The translations under genes and the position numbers were made by a program. Shown here piece after piece: positions 46,461-55,160 of a DNA stretch of 56,138 nucleotides. The notes beneath the pieces were generated by a model that was not told where the DNA came from, made no database searches, and was given only the letters and a program-made list of their open reading frames with translations. Within the stretch, counting starts at the first letter, position 1; each line of letters opens with the position of its first letter. Location of the stretch: positions 1-56,138 of the forward strand of contig JAZTXZ010000065.1 of the NCBI GenBank assembly GCA_045636685.1, written 5' to 3'. Source of the stretch: Candidatus Avispirillum sp. (lineage in GTDB: Bacteria; Bacillota; Clostridia; Oscillospirales; CAG-272).

Positions 46461-48162
46461 CTCCCATCTGTGAGTCGCTTATCTCCTTATATTCAAGGCA
46501 TTGTTCCATAAGATCCTCGTGCTTTCCGCATCCGATGATAGTGCCTTTTTCAATAACGAGTATGAGGTCGCAGTCCTTCACTGAGCTCACTCTCTGAGCC
46601 ACGGTTATGACAGTTGAATCGGGCAGAGATGAAGCGAGTGCCTGTCTGAGATTTGCGTCTGTTTTGTAGTCAAGAGCCGAGGAAGAGTCGTCAAGAATAA
46701 GTATTTCCGGCTTGCCTGCTATAGCGCGGGAAATAAGAAGCCTCTGGCGCTGTCCTCCCGAAAGATTGGTTCCTCCCGCAGATACAAGATGGGAATACCC
46801 CTCTGAAAAGGAAGTAATAAAATCGTGGGCTTGAGCGATTTTTGCGGCCTCTGTAATATCCTCGCTTTTAATATCACGACCGAATCGGATATTTTCCTCA
46901 ATGGTATCCGCATAGATAAAGTCGTTCTGAAAAACAACGCCAAACATTGCCGTAAGCTCTTCTCGGCTGTAGGAGCGAATATCCTTTCCGTTAATGCGAA
47001 CCGTGCCGTTATTTGCATCGTAAAATCTCATGAGAAGGCGAAGTATAGTGGACTTTCCGCTTCCCGTGGCACCGATGATGCCAAGACGCTCTCCTCTTTT
47101 TAAGGAGAAAGAGATATCCTTTAAATTGTTGCGTTTTCCCAAATATGAAAATGATACGTTATCGAATGAAATATGAAAAGAAGAGTCGCCCATTTTTGTG
47201 TCATTTATCACGTTTAGCTCTTTTTTCTCTTCCATAACCTGTGAAATACGGTTTGCGGAAGCAGCACACTTTGTGTACATAACGAACATTCTTGATAGTG
47301 ACATCATTGCCATGGATATAAGGGTGAAATACTGCATAAATGCAATAACTGTGGCAGAGGAGGACAGTCCCTTTGACACAAGATATGCACTGACGGCAAT
47401 AACCGCAACGATTCCGGAATTCATAAGAAGAGTCATAACGGGATTAACTACTCCCATTATGGTTCCTGCCTTTGTTTCATCGCTTTTTAGGGTTCTGTTT
47501 GCGTTATCGTAGCGGGCATTCTCGTAGTTAACTTTTGAGAGGGCCTTGATAACGCGAATACCCTGAGCATCCTCGCGGACTACTCTGACCATTCCGTCAA
47601 CAGATTGCTGAACCTTTGAATAGAGGGGGACACCGAGGCGGGATATGCTGTAAACAACAATAAATATAAGTGGAAGGGTGGCGATCATAACGAGAGCAAG
47701 ACGTCTGTCCATAACCAAAGTAATGATAGTTCCCCCAAGTAGGAGGATGGGCGCGCGTATGCCCATTCTTTGCATCATTCCGATGAAGTTTTGAACGTTA
47801 TAGGTATCTGTTGTTATTCTGGATTCGAGAGAGGGAACGGTGAATGCATCAGTGCTCTTTGCAGATAAATGAAGAGTTTTGGAAAACAGGTCTCTTCTCA
47901 TACATGTCGAGAACTTCATTGTGGTCTTTGCCGCCATTCTGTTGGCGATAATGTTTCCAAGGCAAGCGATAACAGCGCAAAGAGCCATAAGCGCGCCAAA
48001 AAACAATATCTTACCGATATCGTTTTTCTCTATAACGTTTTCAAGTATGTGGCTGAGCAAAAAAGGAATGATCAGCTCTGCTACCGTGCCGATGATCTTT
48101 ATGGTAATTCCGGCAGTTATTCTGGAACTTAACGGTTTTAAATATGATAATACCCACTTCAT
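46444..48162 (-). CDS. ABC exporter half-transporter (TMD-NBD), partner lacking the catalytic Glu
   Basis: 572 aa. Walker A GATGSGKST and signature LSGGQRQR. Walker B reads ILILDDSSS, with Asp in place of the catalytic Glu. 17-nt overlap with the downstream gene. Confidence 0.9.
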   Translation of the reverse strand: MKWVLSYLKPLSSRITAGITIKIIGTVAELIIPFLLSHILENVIEKNDIGKILFFGALMALCAVIACLGNIIANRMAAKTTMKFSTCMRRDLFSKTLHLSAKSTDAFTVPSLESRITTDTYNVQNFIGMMQRMGIRAPILLLGGTIITLVMDRRLALVMIATLPLIFIVVYSISRLGVPLYSKVQQSVDGMVRVVREDAQGIRVIKALSKVNYENARYDNANRTLKSDETKAGTIMGVVNPVMTLLMNSGIVAVIAVSAYLVSKGLSSSATVIAFMQYFTLISMAMMSLSRMFVMYTKCAASANRISQVMEEKKELNVINDTKMGDSSFHISFDNVSFSYLGKRNNLKDISFSLKRGERLGIIGATGSGKSTILRLLMRFYDANNGTVRINGKDIRSYSREELTAMFGVVFQNDFIYADTIEENIRFGRDIKSEDITEAAKIAQAHDFITSFSEGYSHLVSAGGTNLSGGQRQRLLISRAIAGKPEILILDDSSSALDYKTDANLRQALASSLPDSTVITVAQRVSSVKDCDLILVIEKGTIIGCGKHEDLMEQCLEYKEISDSQMGGAFLD

Positions 48163-48599
48163 TTGCTTTTCTCTTGTTTTTCAATTATTTCTCTTGCACG
48201 TGTCTGCATTCGGTCAAGAACGCGGTCGAATATTTCGAGCTCTTCATTTGAAATTCCCTCGGAAAGAAGTGCCATCCATTCTTCGGAGGCGTTTTTTATT
48301 TCGGGATATGCGCTGAGCATCTTATCTGTGGGATATACGGAAAACTGCCGCTTGTCGCTAGGAAGAGACTGTCTTGTGATATATCCTTTTTCTTCAAGAT
48401 AGGTGAGAGTTCTCGCGACGGTGCTTTTGTTCAGACAAAGCTCTCGGGCAAGCTCTTCCTGGGATCTCCCAGGCTCTCGGCATATGCCCAGTGCAAAAGC
48501 ATAATGACTGCTTTGCAGGTCCTCTGCAGAGACTCTGCTGTGTCTGTATATTGCTTGTGAGCGGCTGATATTATTCAGCATTTTCATGAATTTTGACAT
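48159..48599 (-). CDS. MarR-family transcriptional regulator
   Basis: 146 aa. wHTH region SQEELARELCLNKSTVARTLTYLEEKGYITR. ATGA overlap with the ABC gene. Confidence 0.9.
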   Translation of the reverse strand: MSKFMKMLNNISRSQAIYRHSRVSAEDLQSSHYAFALGICREPGRSQEELARELCLNKSTVARTLTYLEEKGYITRQSLPSDKRQFSVYPTDKMLSAYPEIKNASEEWMALLSEGISNEELEIFDRVLDRMQTRAREIIEKQEKSK

Positions 48600-48616
48600 T
48601 ATAAAACCTCAATATA

Positions 48617-48651
48617 ATAGTTGCAACCGCAACAGTTTCGTGCACAACTAT
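48617..48651. promoter_or_regulatory. candidate MarR operator (nested inverted repeats)
   Basis: ATAGTTG...(21 nt)...CAACTAT enclosing GTTGC-AACC-GCAAC, located 18-52 nt upstream of the marR ATG. Confidence 0.35.
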
Positions 48652-48705
48652 TTTAACTTAAATATAAGTATGTGTCAAGATGATAATAGTATCGGTATAA
48701 AACTA

Positions 48706-48734
48706 TTGCCAATATTTTGTAAAGCTGTTATAAT
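48706..48734 (+). promoter_or_regulatory. sigma-A type promoter candidate
   Basis: TTGCCA-17 nt-TATAAT, about 35 nt upstream of the ATG at 48769. Confidence 0.5.
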
Positions 48735-48768
48735 GCATTTATAATGAACAGAGAAAGAAGGAGCGCCA

Positions 48769-50703
48769 ATGAAAAGTATCAGAAATATCGGTATTTTTGC
48801 CCATGTTGATGCTGGAAAAACAACGCTTTCAGAGCAGATACTGTCTTGTTCAGGCGCTATCCGTACAGTAGGAAGTGTGGACTCGGGAACGGCTCATACT
48901 GATAATTTGCCTGTAGAGCAGAGACGAGGGATCTCTGTCAAGGCTACCTGTGTTTCAATAAATTATGGTGATGTACGCATAAATCTCATTGATACCCCCG
49001 GGCATGTGGATTTCTCTGCAGAGGTGGAGCGCTCTATGTGGGCGCTTGACGGTGCTGTACTTGTTGTATGCGCAGTTGAGGGCGTACAACCTCAGACCGA
49101 GGTCCTGTTTGAAGCAATGTGCGAGCAGAAAATTCCCGTACTGTTTTTTATCAATAAAACAGATCGCGAAAACGCAGACATAGAGAAAGTAACAGCACAG
49201 ATAAAGCGAATGCTGAATAAAAATGCGGTGATTACCACAGATACAGAATCGCTCTGTGATATTGTTTGTGATAATTTTGACGATCTTTTGGAGAGATATT
49301 TAAGTGGTGAAGAACTTTCCGAAGATCATTTGCATGAAAAGCTTGCAGAACTGACTTCTTCCTGCCGTGCATATCCTGTGCTTTACGGCTCTGCTTTAAA
49401 GGGCGAAGGTGTTGAAAGGCTTCTTGATGCAATTGCTGACTATCTTCCGGCGCCGAAAGTTGCTGAAGAGCTTTGCGGAGTAGTATTCGCAGTAAGGCAG
49501 GATAAAAACCTTGGCCGCGGCGCATGGGTCAGACTCTACGGTGGAAGCCTTGAAAACCGCGAGGCGATCAACCTCGATGCGGGTGCTGATCCGATTTCAG
49601 GTGAGGCGAAAAAGACGCAGTATAAAATAACCCAGATTCACGATACGGCTCTGAACCCTATAGGTAAAATCGGTGCAGGGGAGATTGGCGTAGTATACGG
49701 CCTTTCCGACGTAAAGATAGGTCAGATCATAGGAAAAGCCGATTGTATGGAAAGAAAAATAGAGGCAGGAAAGCTAAGAACCCCTCTTATCACAGTAAGA
49801 GTTATTCCAAGCGACAGCGAAAAAATGCAGGACCTTCGCAGAGCTTGTGAGATCCTTTCAAGTGAAGATCCGCTGCTGGAGGTTCAGTATATCCGTACAG
49901 TCAATGAACTGCATCTGAGAGTGATGGGAACGATACAGCTCGAAATAATCGAAGAACTGCTAAGAACCCGATTTGGTCTTTCCGTTTCCTTCGGTACTCC
50001 AGCTATTATATATAAAGAAACCATATCCCGGTCCGCAGTGGGATTTGTGGCGTATACTATGCCAAAGCCCTGCTGGGCTGTTTTGAAATTCATAATCGAG
50101 CCTGCGGAGAGGGGAAGCGGAGTAACGTTTTCATCAGAAGTTCCCCTAAGCAAGATCATGGCTTGCTACCAGCATCAGGTGGAGCAGGCAATCCCGATCG
50201 CTCTGAATCAGGGACGCCTGGGATGGCAGGTAACGGATATAAATATCAAGCTCATAGATGGTGAGCATCATCTTGTCCATACCCATCCTCTGGATTTTAT
50301 CGTAGCAACACCAATGGGAATCCAGGATGGGCTTCAACGCGGAGGAAGCACTCTCCTTGAGCCTGTACTTTTCGTGAAATTTATCGTTCCCTCCGATTTT
50401 GTCGGCAGAGTGATGAGCGATGTTATCAATATGCGCGGTGGGGTGGTTGATACTGTATATGACGGTGACAGGGTGATTCTGAGTGCTCTTGTTCCCGTCC
50501 AGTCAAGCCTTGATTATTCCATAACCCTTGCAACTTTTACAAGCGGCAGAGGCACAATGAGCGCCCGTCTTCATAGCTACAGGGAATGCCCGATGGAACT
50601 TGGTGCAACCTCGCAGAGAAGAAGCATAGATCCCCTCGATACAAGTAAATACATCCTCGCCGCCCGCGGCGCCATGGATGGAAATATCTTTAATTTGGAT
50701 TGA
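48769..50703 (+). CDS. EF-G-like translational GTPase of the tetracycline ribosomal-protection type (TetB(P)/TetM-like)
   Basis: 644 aa. G1 AHVDAGKTT. The GSVDSGTAHTD segment resembles GSVDKGTTRTD of ribosomal protection proteins (RPPs). DTPGHVDFSAEVERS..LDGAVLVV..EGVQPQT and INKTDR. The length matches RPPs (about 640 aa) rather than EF-G (about 690 aa). Confidence 0.7.
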   Translation: MKSIRNIGIFAHVDAGKTTLSEQILSCSGAIRTVGSVDSGTAHTDNLPVEQRRGISVKATCVSINYGDVRINLIDTPGHVDFSAEVERSMWALDGAVLVVCAVEGVQPQTEVLFEAMCEQKIPVLFFINKTDRENADIEKVTAQIKRMLNKNAVITTDTESLCDIVCDNFDDLLERYLSGEELSEDHLHEKLAELTSSCRAYPVLYGSALKGEGVERLLDAIADYLPAPKVAEELCGVVFAVRQDKNLGRGAWVRLYGGSLENREAINLDAGADPISGEAKKTQYKITQIHDTALNPIGKIGAGEIGVVYGLSDVKIGQIIGKADCMERKIEAGKLRTPLITVRVIPSDSEKMQDLRRACEILSSEDPLLEVQYIRTVNELHLRVMGTIQLEIIEELLRTRFGLSVSFGTPAIIYKETISRSAVGFVAYTMPKPCWAVLKFIIEPAERGSGVTFSSEVPLSKIMACYQHQVEQAIPIALNQGRLGWQVTDINIKLIDGEHHLVHTHPLDFIVATPMGIQDGLQRGGSTLLEPVLFVKFIVPSDFVGRVMSDVINMRGGVVDTVYDGDRVILSALVPVQSSLDYSITLATFTSGRGTMSARLHSYRECPMELGATSQRRSIDPLDTSKYILAARGAMDGNIFNLD

Positions 50704-50707
50704 AAAT

Positions 50708-50737
50708 AAAAAAAGCAGAGCTTGGGCTCTGCTTTTC
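50708..50737. terminator. bidirectional intrinsic terminator between convergent genes
   Basis: Stem GCAGAGC/GCTCTGC with loop TTGG, flanked by A7 and T4. Confidence 0.7.
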
Positions 50738-50749
50738 TGTTGTTTTGAT

Positions 50750-51973
50750 TTACGGCTTGCGAATGAACATATTAAGTACCAAGGCAACAAAAGTCATGGA
50801 TAACAGCATTAAAAAAGTAAATGTGTATCCTCCTGTAGCTTCAAGCACCTTGTTTGATGCTGTAGCCACAAATGAGCCAACCATAACGGTAAAGGTCATG
50901 ATCGCCATGTTACCTGAGAAATACTTCATGCCGTAAGAGGATGATGTGAAGGCTGCTGTAATAGTGGGGCAGGTTCCGTATGATATTCCCGTAAGGCACA
51001 CACCCACAATGCATAGCGCCAAAGAGTTTACGGATACGGCGATCAAAGTAACCGCAGTGGCGAGAATAGTAAGGATATTTGCGCAAATCATGGTTCTGCG
51101 GCAACCGATAATGTCAAATACCGCGCCTGTAATTATACGTCCAAGACCGTTACAAACTGAAAGAATACCAACAAGAGAAACTGCCAATGCCTCGGGAGCA
51201 TTTACCGAGAGGGCAAGGTCTTTTGCAAAGCTGATAACTGAGCTGCCGACAGCGGCAAGGAAAGATATGCAGAGGAATGCCATCCAGAAAGAGGGACGGC
51301 TAAGCATCTGCTTTGATGTAAAGTCTTGCTTTTCGGAGTTGTCATCTTTTTTCTTTTTTGCGTTGTCAGCGGTTTGGAAATTGATCTCGGCTCCTGGCTT
51401 TTTAAGAATAATACCTGTCAATGTCAGCACTGCAAAAATAGCAATTCCCAGAATTGCATATGTGAAGCGCCAGCCTATAGAGCTCTTGAACATAGCATCT
51501 GCCGCGTTACCGAGAATAAGCGCGGAAGCACCGAACCCCATCATAAGACATCCTGAGCAAAGTCCCTTCTTATCGGGGAACCAGGAGCTTACGGTTGATA
51601 TAACAACATTGTAAGCAATACCGATTCCGGTTCCTGCAAGAACACCGTATGTAATGTACAGCATTACTACAGAAACACTGTTAAGTACTGCGGTCAGAAT
51701 AAAGCCTGTTGCAGATAAAATACCGGCGGATATAATAGCGATCCGGTGTCCGAGACGTTTAGAGATTTGAGATCCCAAAAGTCCGCCAATGCAAAAGAAC
51801 GTCATAGCCAGGGTAAAGTTCAGAGCAAGCTCAGACGGCCCCCAGCTAAACTCATCACCCAAAGGTGATTTCAAAATTGACCATGCATAAAGCACCCCTG
51901 CAAAAAGCATAGCAATAACGCCGACGATCATATATGCCCAACGTACAGATAGATTTTGATTTTTCTTGTTCAT
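50750..51973 (-). CDS. MFS transporter (oxalate/formate antiporter-like subfamily)
   Basis: 407 aa with about 12 TM helices. N-terminus RWAYMIVGVIAMLFAGVLYAWSILKSPL is typical of OFA-type MFS proteins. GGGAGGG RBS. Confidence 0.75.
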   Translation of the reverse strand: MNKKNQNLSVRWAYMIVGVIAMLFAGVLYAWSILKSPLGDEFSWGPSELALNFTLAMTFFCIGGLLGSQISKRLGHRIAIISAGILSATGFILTAVLNSVSVVMLYITYGVLAGTGIGIAYNVVISTVSSWFPDKKGLCSGCLMMGFGASALILGNAADAMFKSSIGWRFTYAILGIAIFAVLTLTGIILKKPGAEINFQTADNAKKKKDDNSEKQDFTSKQMLSRPSFWMAFLCISFLAAVGSSVISFAKDLALSVNAPEALAVSLVGILSVCNGLGRIITGAVFDIIGCRRTMICANILTILATAVTLIAVSVNSLALCIVGVCLTGISYGTCPTITAAFTSSSYGMKYFSGNMAIMTFTVMVGSFVATASNKVLEATGGYTFTFLMLLSMTFVALVLNMFIRKP

Positions 51974-52119
51974 AATAAGGCCCTCCCATTCCGGGAAAAT
52001 ATGTGTATATTCTATTACATAAAGACAAAAAAATCAAGATGATAATAGAAAGTAGGTTGGTGAATGATTAAATGCCATATGTTGCTTTTGTGTGTGGCAA
52101 CTTCGGTAGTCAAATACGG

Positions 52120-52149
52120 TTGACTGGTCATTCATAAACATGCTATAAT
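52120..52149 (+). promoter_or_regulatory. sigma-A type promoter candidate
   Basis: TTGACT-18 nt-TATAAT, about 205 nt upstream of the ATG at 52355. Confidence 0.5.
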
Positions 52150-52280
52150 CAGTATCGGTAAATAGTGACTTAAGCGATTGCTTTGGCAATCGGGAAACTT
52201 ACTGCAAGCCTGCAAACTTACAGTAACTTCCGGCAAATGCACTTTTGCTCGCAGTCTTGTCATTGGACGGGAGTATTGTC

Positions 52281-52310
52281 GCTTTTTCGGCATCTGCGAT
52301 TTTATGCAGG
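52281..52310 (+). terminator. leader terminator/attenuator upstream of the MOP-type transporter gene
   Basis: Stem CATCTGC/GCAGGTG (one G-U pair) with an 8-nt loop, followed by T7. It lies 45 nt upstream of the start codon. Confidence 0.5.
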
Positions 52311-52354
52311 TGTTTTTTTGTCCGTTTGCTAATAAAACATAGGGTAAAACGAAT

Positions 52355-53680
52355 ATGTTCTCCAAACTCAAACTGTCTATTTGCAGAATCAATTATAAGC
52401 TTTTTTTCGCGCTAATCATACTTGGTCTTGCACCGACAGTGTATACTACTGTTCGGGTGTTTTTCCTGGGACAACTTCCCGGAGAATGGTCATTTTCCAT
52501 TGCAGGACAGCTTTCCTGGGTGAACCTGCTTTATGAAATTTTGAATGAGGCCATTATCCTTCCGTTATTCTATTTCATGGGAAAAGTGAGGGATAATAAA
52601 TCGGAATTCTCAAACAGAGTGCGAACCGGTATGCTTATATCCGTCAGCGTATATGGCATTTTATCAGTTCTTGTGATTCTTTTTGCCGAACCGATGCTGA
52701 CACTGATGGCAACCGATACGGCTATTATCGAAGCCTCCGCATCATATATACGAATTGAGAGTATTGCGAATATTTTCGCTATCCTTTCGCTGTTCGCTCT
52801 CGTAGCGCTTCTGACGGTAAATAAAAGTAAATATATTTATTTTATTACAGGGATAAGACTTGTTTTGTGTCTTGTTTCTGATACGTTCCTCGTATCATCT
52901 TTGCCCATATCGGCAAACCTTGGTGTAAACGGAATAGGGTATACCAATATCCTGGTGGATGCAATTTTACTTGTTGTATCACTTGTTTTACTCAGAAGAG
53001 AAGAGATCAAGGTTTTCGCTAAAACAAAACTTAACTTTGCTTGGGTAAAGGAGTTTGTCAAAGTTGGCGGTATATCCGGAGCAGAATCTCTTGTTCGTAA
53101 TACTGCTTATTTGGTAATGATCGCGCGAATGGTTAATGTTGTTGGTGAGCAAGGAACGTATTGGGTTGCCAATAACTTTATATGGGGATGGCTTTTGTTG
53201 CCTGTGCTTCAGCTCGGAGAGCTTATTAAACAAGAGGTCGCAGCTGATAAAGAAAATATTCGAAGGAACTCGCTTGGGTACTTTGGAGTTACTGTCATGA
53301 TCTCTGCTTTATGGTTTATTAGTATCCCTGTGTGGAAGCCGTTTATGATGCAGGTACTTGGTCTGACAGATGTGGATAAGCTTTTCAAGCTCGTTATGAT
53401 ACTTGTGGGATTCTATGTTCTTTATGCGATTCAAAATGTATTCGACTCTACTTTTTACGGACTAGGAAAGACTGTTTATATGCTGTTTGAATCTGTGGTG
53501 ACCAACACTGTTTACTACGGCATTGCGTTCATTCTGTATGTCACGAATATATGGACCCCGACCCTTTACGGTATTGCGCTCCTGTTTGGAATCGGTAATG
53601 CATTTGACAGTATCGTATCTCTTGCAGCTTATGTATACATGATTAAAAAAGAAAAGATCAATATATTGAAAGTCGAATAG
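52355..53680 (+). CDS. MOP-superfamily (MATE-like) polytopic transporter
   Basis: 441 aa with about 12 TM helices. Size and topology fit MATE/MOP exporters. The family assignment by eye is tentative. Confidence 0.5.
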   Translation: MFSKLKLSICRINYKLFFALIILGLAPTVYTTVRVFFLGQLPGEWSFSIAGQLSWVNLLYEILNEAIILPLFYFMGKVRDNKSEFSNRVRTGMLISVSVYGILSVLVILFAEPMLTLMATDTAIIEASASYIRIESIANIFAILSLFALVALLTVNKSKYIYFITGIRLVLCLVSDTFLVSSLPISANLGVNGIGYTNILVDAILLVVSLVLLRREEIKVFAKTKLNFAWVKEFVKVGGISGAESLVRNTAYLVMIARMVNVVGEQGTYWVANNFIWGWLLLPVLQLGELIKQEVAADKENIRRNSLGYFGVTVMISALWFISIPVWKPFMMQVLGLTDVDKLFKLVMILVGFYVLYAIQNVFDSTFYGLGKTVYMLFESVVTNTVYYGIAFILYVTNIWTPTLYGIALLFGIGNAFDSIVSLAAYVYMIKKEKINILKVE

Positions 53681-53805
53681 CAACAACAAGTTGCTTGTAA
53701 TTTTTAATCAAATTTGCTATTGTTTTGCAGCAACTTCGGCTTCGTAGTATACTTGAGGTGTCTGTGTTTTCTTATGATGATGAATGCTTACTGAAATTTG
53801 TTTGC

Positions 53806-53848
53806 AATAATAAAACCCCGACCATTATGGTCGGGGTTTATTATTACT
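53806..53848 (+). terminator. intrinsic terminator candidate
   Basis: Long stem AATAATAAAACCCCGACC/GGTCGGGGTTTATTATT. Confidence 0.55.
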
Positions 53849-54148
53849 CTTTTTGATATAAAAAGATATTTAAGTGATTTTTTCGCTGGAAGAGAAGGGG
53901 ATCGCTGAAGTCAATAATTGACAATTAATGCGGAATATAGCAGGCACAAATAAATCCGGATTTTTGTGTGATTATTTACTATTAATTAAATATTATGCGT
54001 AATCTTTTTGGCCAATATTTTATCAAATATTATTGCTTTTTAGTGTTTGTAGTGATATAATTCATATAGTTGTATCTTTGTCAATCTTTATGCGAGCCAT
54101 TTAAGCTTCAAGGTCTTGTTGTTTAAATGGCATTTGTTACGCTTTTTC

Positions 54149-54191
54149 AAATCGATTGTTATTATATCGATTGACTGAATATCGATTGACT
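54149..54191. repeat. three 15-bp-phased direct repeats containing ATCGATTG
   Basis: ATCGATTG occurs at 54151, 54166 and 54181. The last two copies are an identical 13-mer ATATCGATTGACT (54164-54176 and 54179-54191). They overlap a TTGACT-17-TACATT promoter-like arrangement. Confidence 0.6.
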
Positions 54192-54253
54192 TCTACATTG
54201 AAATTAAATGTTTTATGTTACGTTCTGTATTATGTGGAAAGATGAGGTGACAA

Positions 54254-54880
54254 ATGATAGTTTACTCTATCCCAAAGGCAACGCTTGGTCGTATCCCTCT
54301 TTACATACAGTATTTAAGAGAATTGCCCGAAGATAGTTGCGCGACGATATCTGCACCCAAGATAGCTCGTAGTTTATCCCTCGGAGAGGTGCAGGTTCGT
54401 AAGGATCTTGCATTGATCAGCGGTCACGGAAAACCGAAGGTAGGCTATGAACGCGCAAAACTGATGAATGATCTTGAACGTCATCTTGGTTATGATAACT
54501 TAACTAATGCCGTATTGATCGGCGCGGGCAAATTGGGAAAAGCTTTGCTTGATTACAATGGTTTTGAAGAGTTTGGTATCAGGATTCTTGCAGGCTTTGA
54601 TTGCAATGAACAAACTCTTAAAACAACCGGAAATAAATCGATTATTTCGATTAGAGATATTTGCGAATTCTGTGTCGAAAACGATGTTAAAATCGGAATT
54701 ATCACAGTTGGACAAGGCTCGGCTCAGGATGTTTGCGATAAGCTTGTTGCGTGCGGTATCAAGGCAATATGGAATTTTGCTCCGTGCGCGCTGGATGTTC
54801 CTTCGGATGTATTGCTAAAACAAGAGAATTTAGCGTTATCTCTTGCGCATCTTAATTCACAGTTGAAAAGCAAAAATTAA
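54254..54880 (+). CDS. rex: redox-sensing transcriptional repressor Rex
   Basis: 208 aa. N-terminal wHTH ATLGRIPLYIQYLREL....ISAPKIARSL and Rossmann motif VLIGAGKLGKAL, typical of Rex. Confidence 0.9.
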   Translation: MIVYSIPKATLGRIPLYIQYLRELPEDSCATISAPKIARSLSLGEVQVRKDLALISGHGKPKVGYERAKLMNDLERHLGYDNLTNAVLIGAGKLGKALLDYNGFEEFGIRILAGFDCNEQTLKTTGNKSIISIRDICEFCVENDVKIGIITVGQGSAQDVCDKLVACGIKAIWNFAPCALDVPSDVLLKQENLALSLAHLNSQLKSKN

Positions 54881-54916
54881 AAAAATAAATTTTTATAAAG
54901 TATGAGGAATGAGTTT

Positions 54917-55156
54917 ATGAAAATCACAGTATGTATCGGAAGTTCTTGCCACCTTAAGGGTTCTCGTCAGGTAGTAGAAAAGCTTCGAGAGTTGATATCC
55001 CAGAATAATCTTGAGGGTAAGGTAGAGCTCGGCGGTACCTTCTGCATGGGTAACTGCCAGCAGGGCGTATGTGTAACGGTGAACGATTCTTTCCATTCTG
55101 TTACACCTGATAATGTAGAAGAGTTCTTTGCGAAAGAAGTTCTCGCGCAGGTATAA
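54917..55156 (+). CDS. thioredoxin-like [2Fe-2S] ferredoxin (NuoE/HndA-like small protein)
   Basis: About 79 aa with four Cys in the pattern C-x4-C ... C-x3-C (CIGSSCHLKG...FCMGNC). ATG 54917 follows a GAGGAATGAG RBS. Confidence 0.7.
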   Translation: MKITVCIGSSCHLKGSRQVVEKLRELISQNNLEGKVELGGTFCMGNCQQGVCVTVNDSFHSVTPDNVEEFFAKEVLAQV

Positions 55157-55160
55157 TCTG

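Noticed and set aside
48769-50703. Calling the GTPase an acquired tet(M)/tet(O)/tet(W) resistance gene on a mobile element.
   Set aside because: By eye it is only distantly similar to those proteins. No transposon, conjugation or integrase genes are nearby, and the flanks look like ordinary chromosome. It is reported only as an RPP-like homologue needing phylogeny.
52150-52310. Assigning the transporter leader to a guanidine (ykkC, mini-ykkC, ykkC-III) riboswitch class.
   Set aside because: The conserved cores and ACGR tetraloops of those classes are not visible, and the hairpin loops here are TTTG and longer. The leader is reported only as an unclassified candidate.
54100-54253. Calling the repeats upstream of rex a Rex operator (autoregulation).
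   Set aside because: No match to the TTGTGAA-N6-TTCACAA or TTGTTAA...TTAACAA inverted-repeat consensus. The elements are direct repeats with an ATCGAT core.
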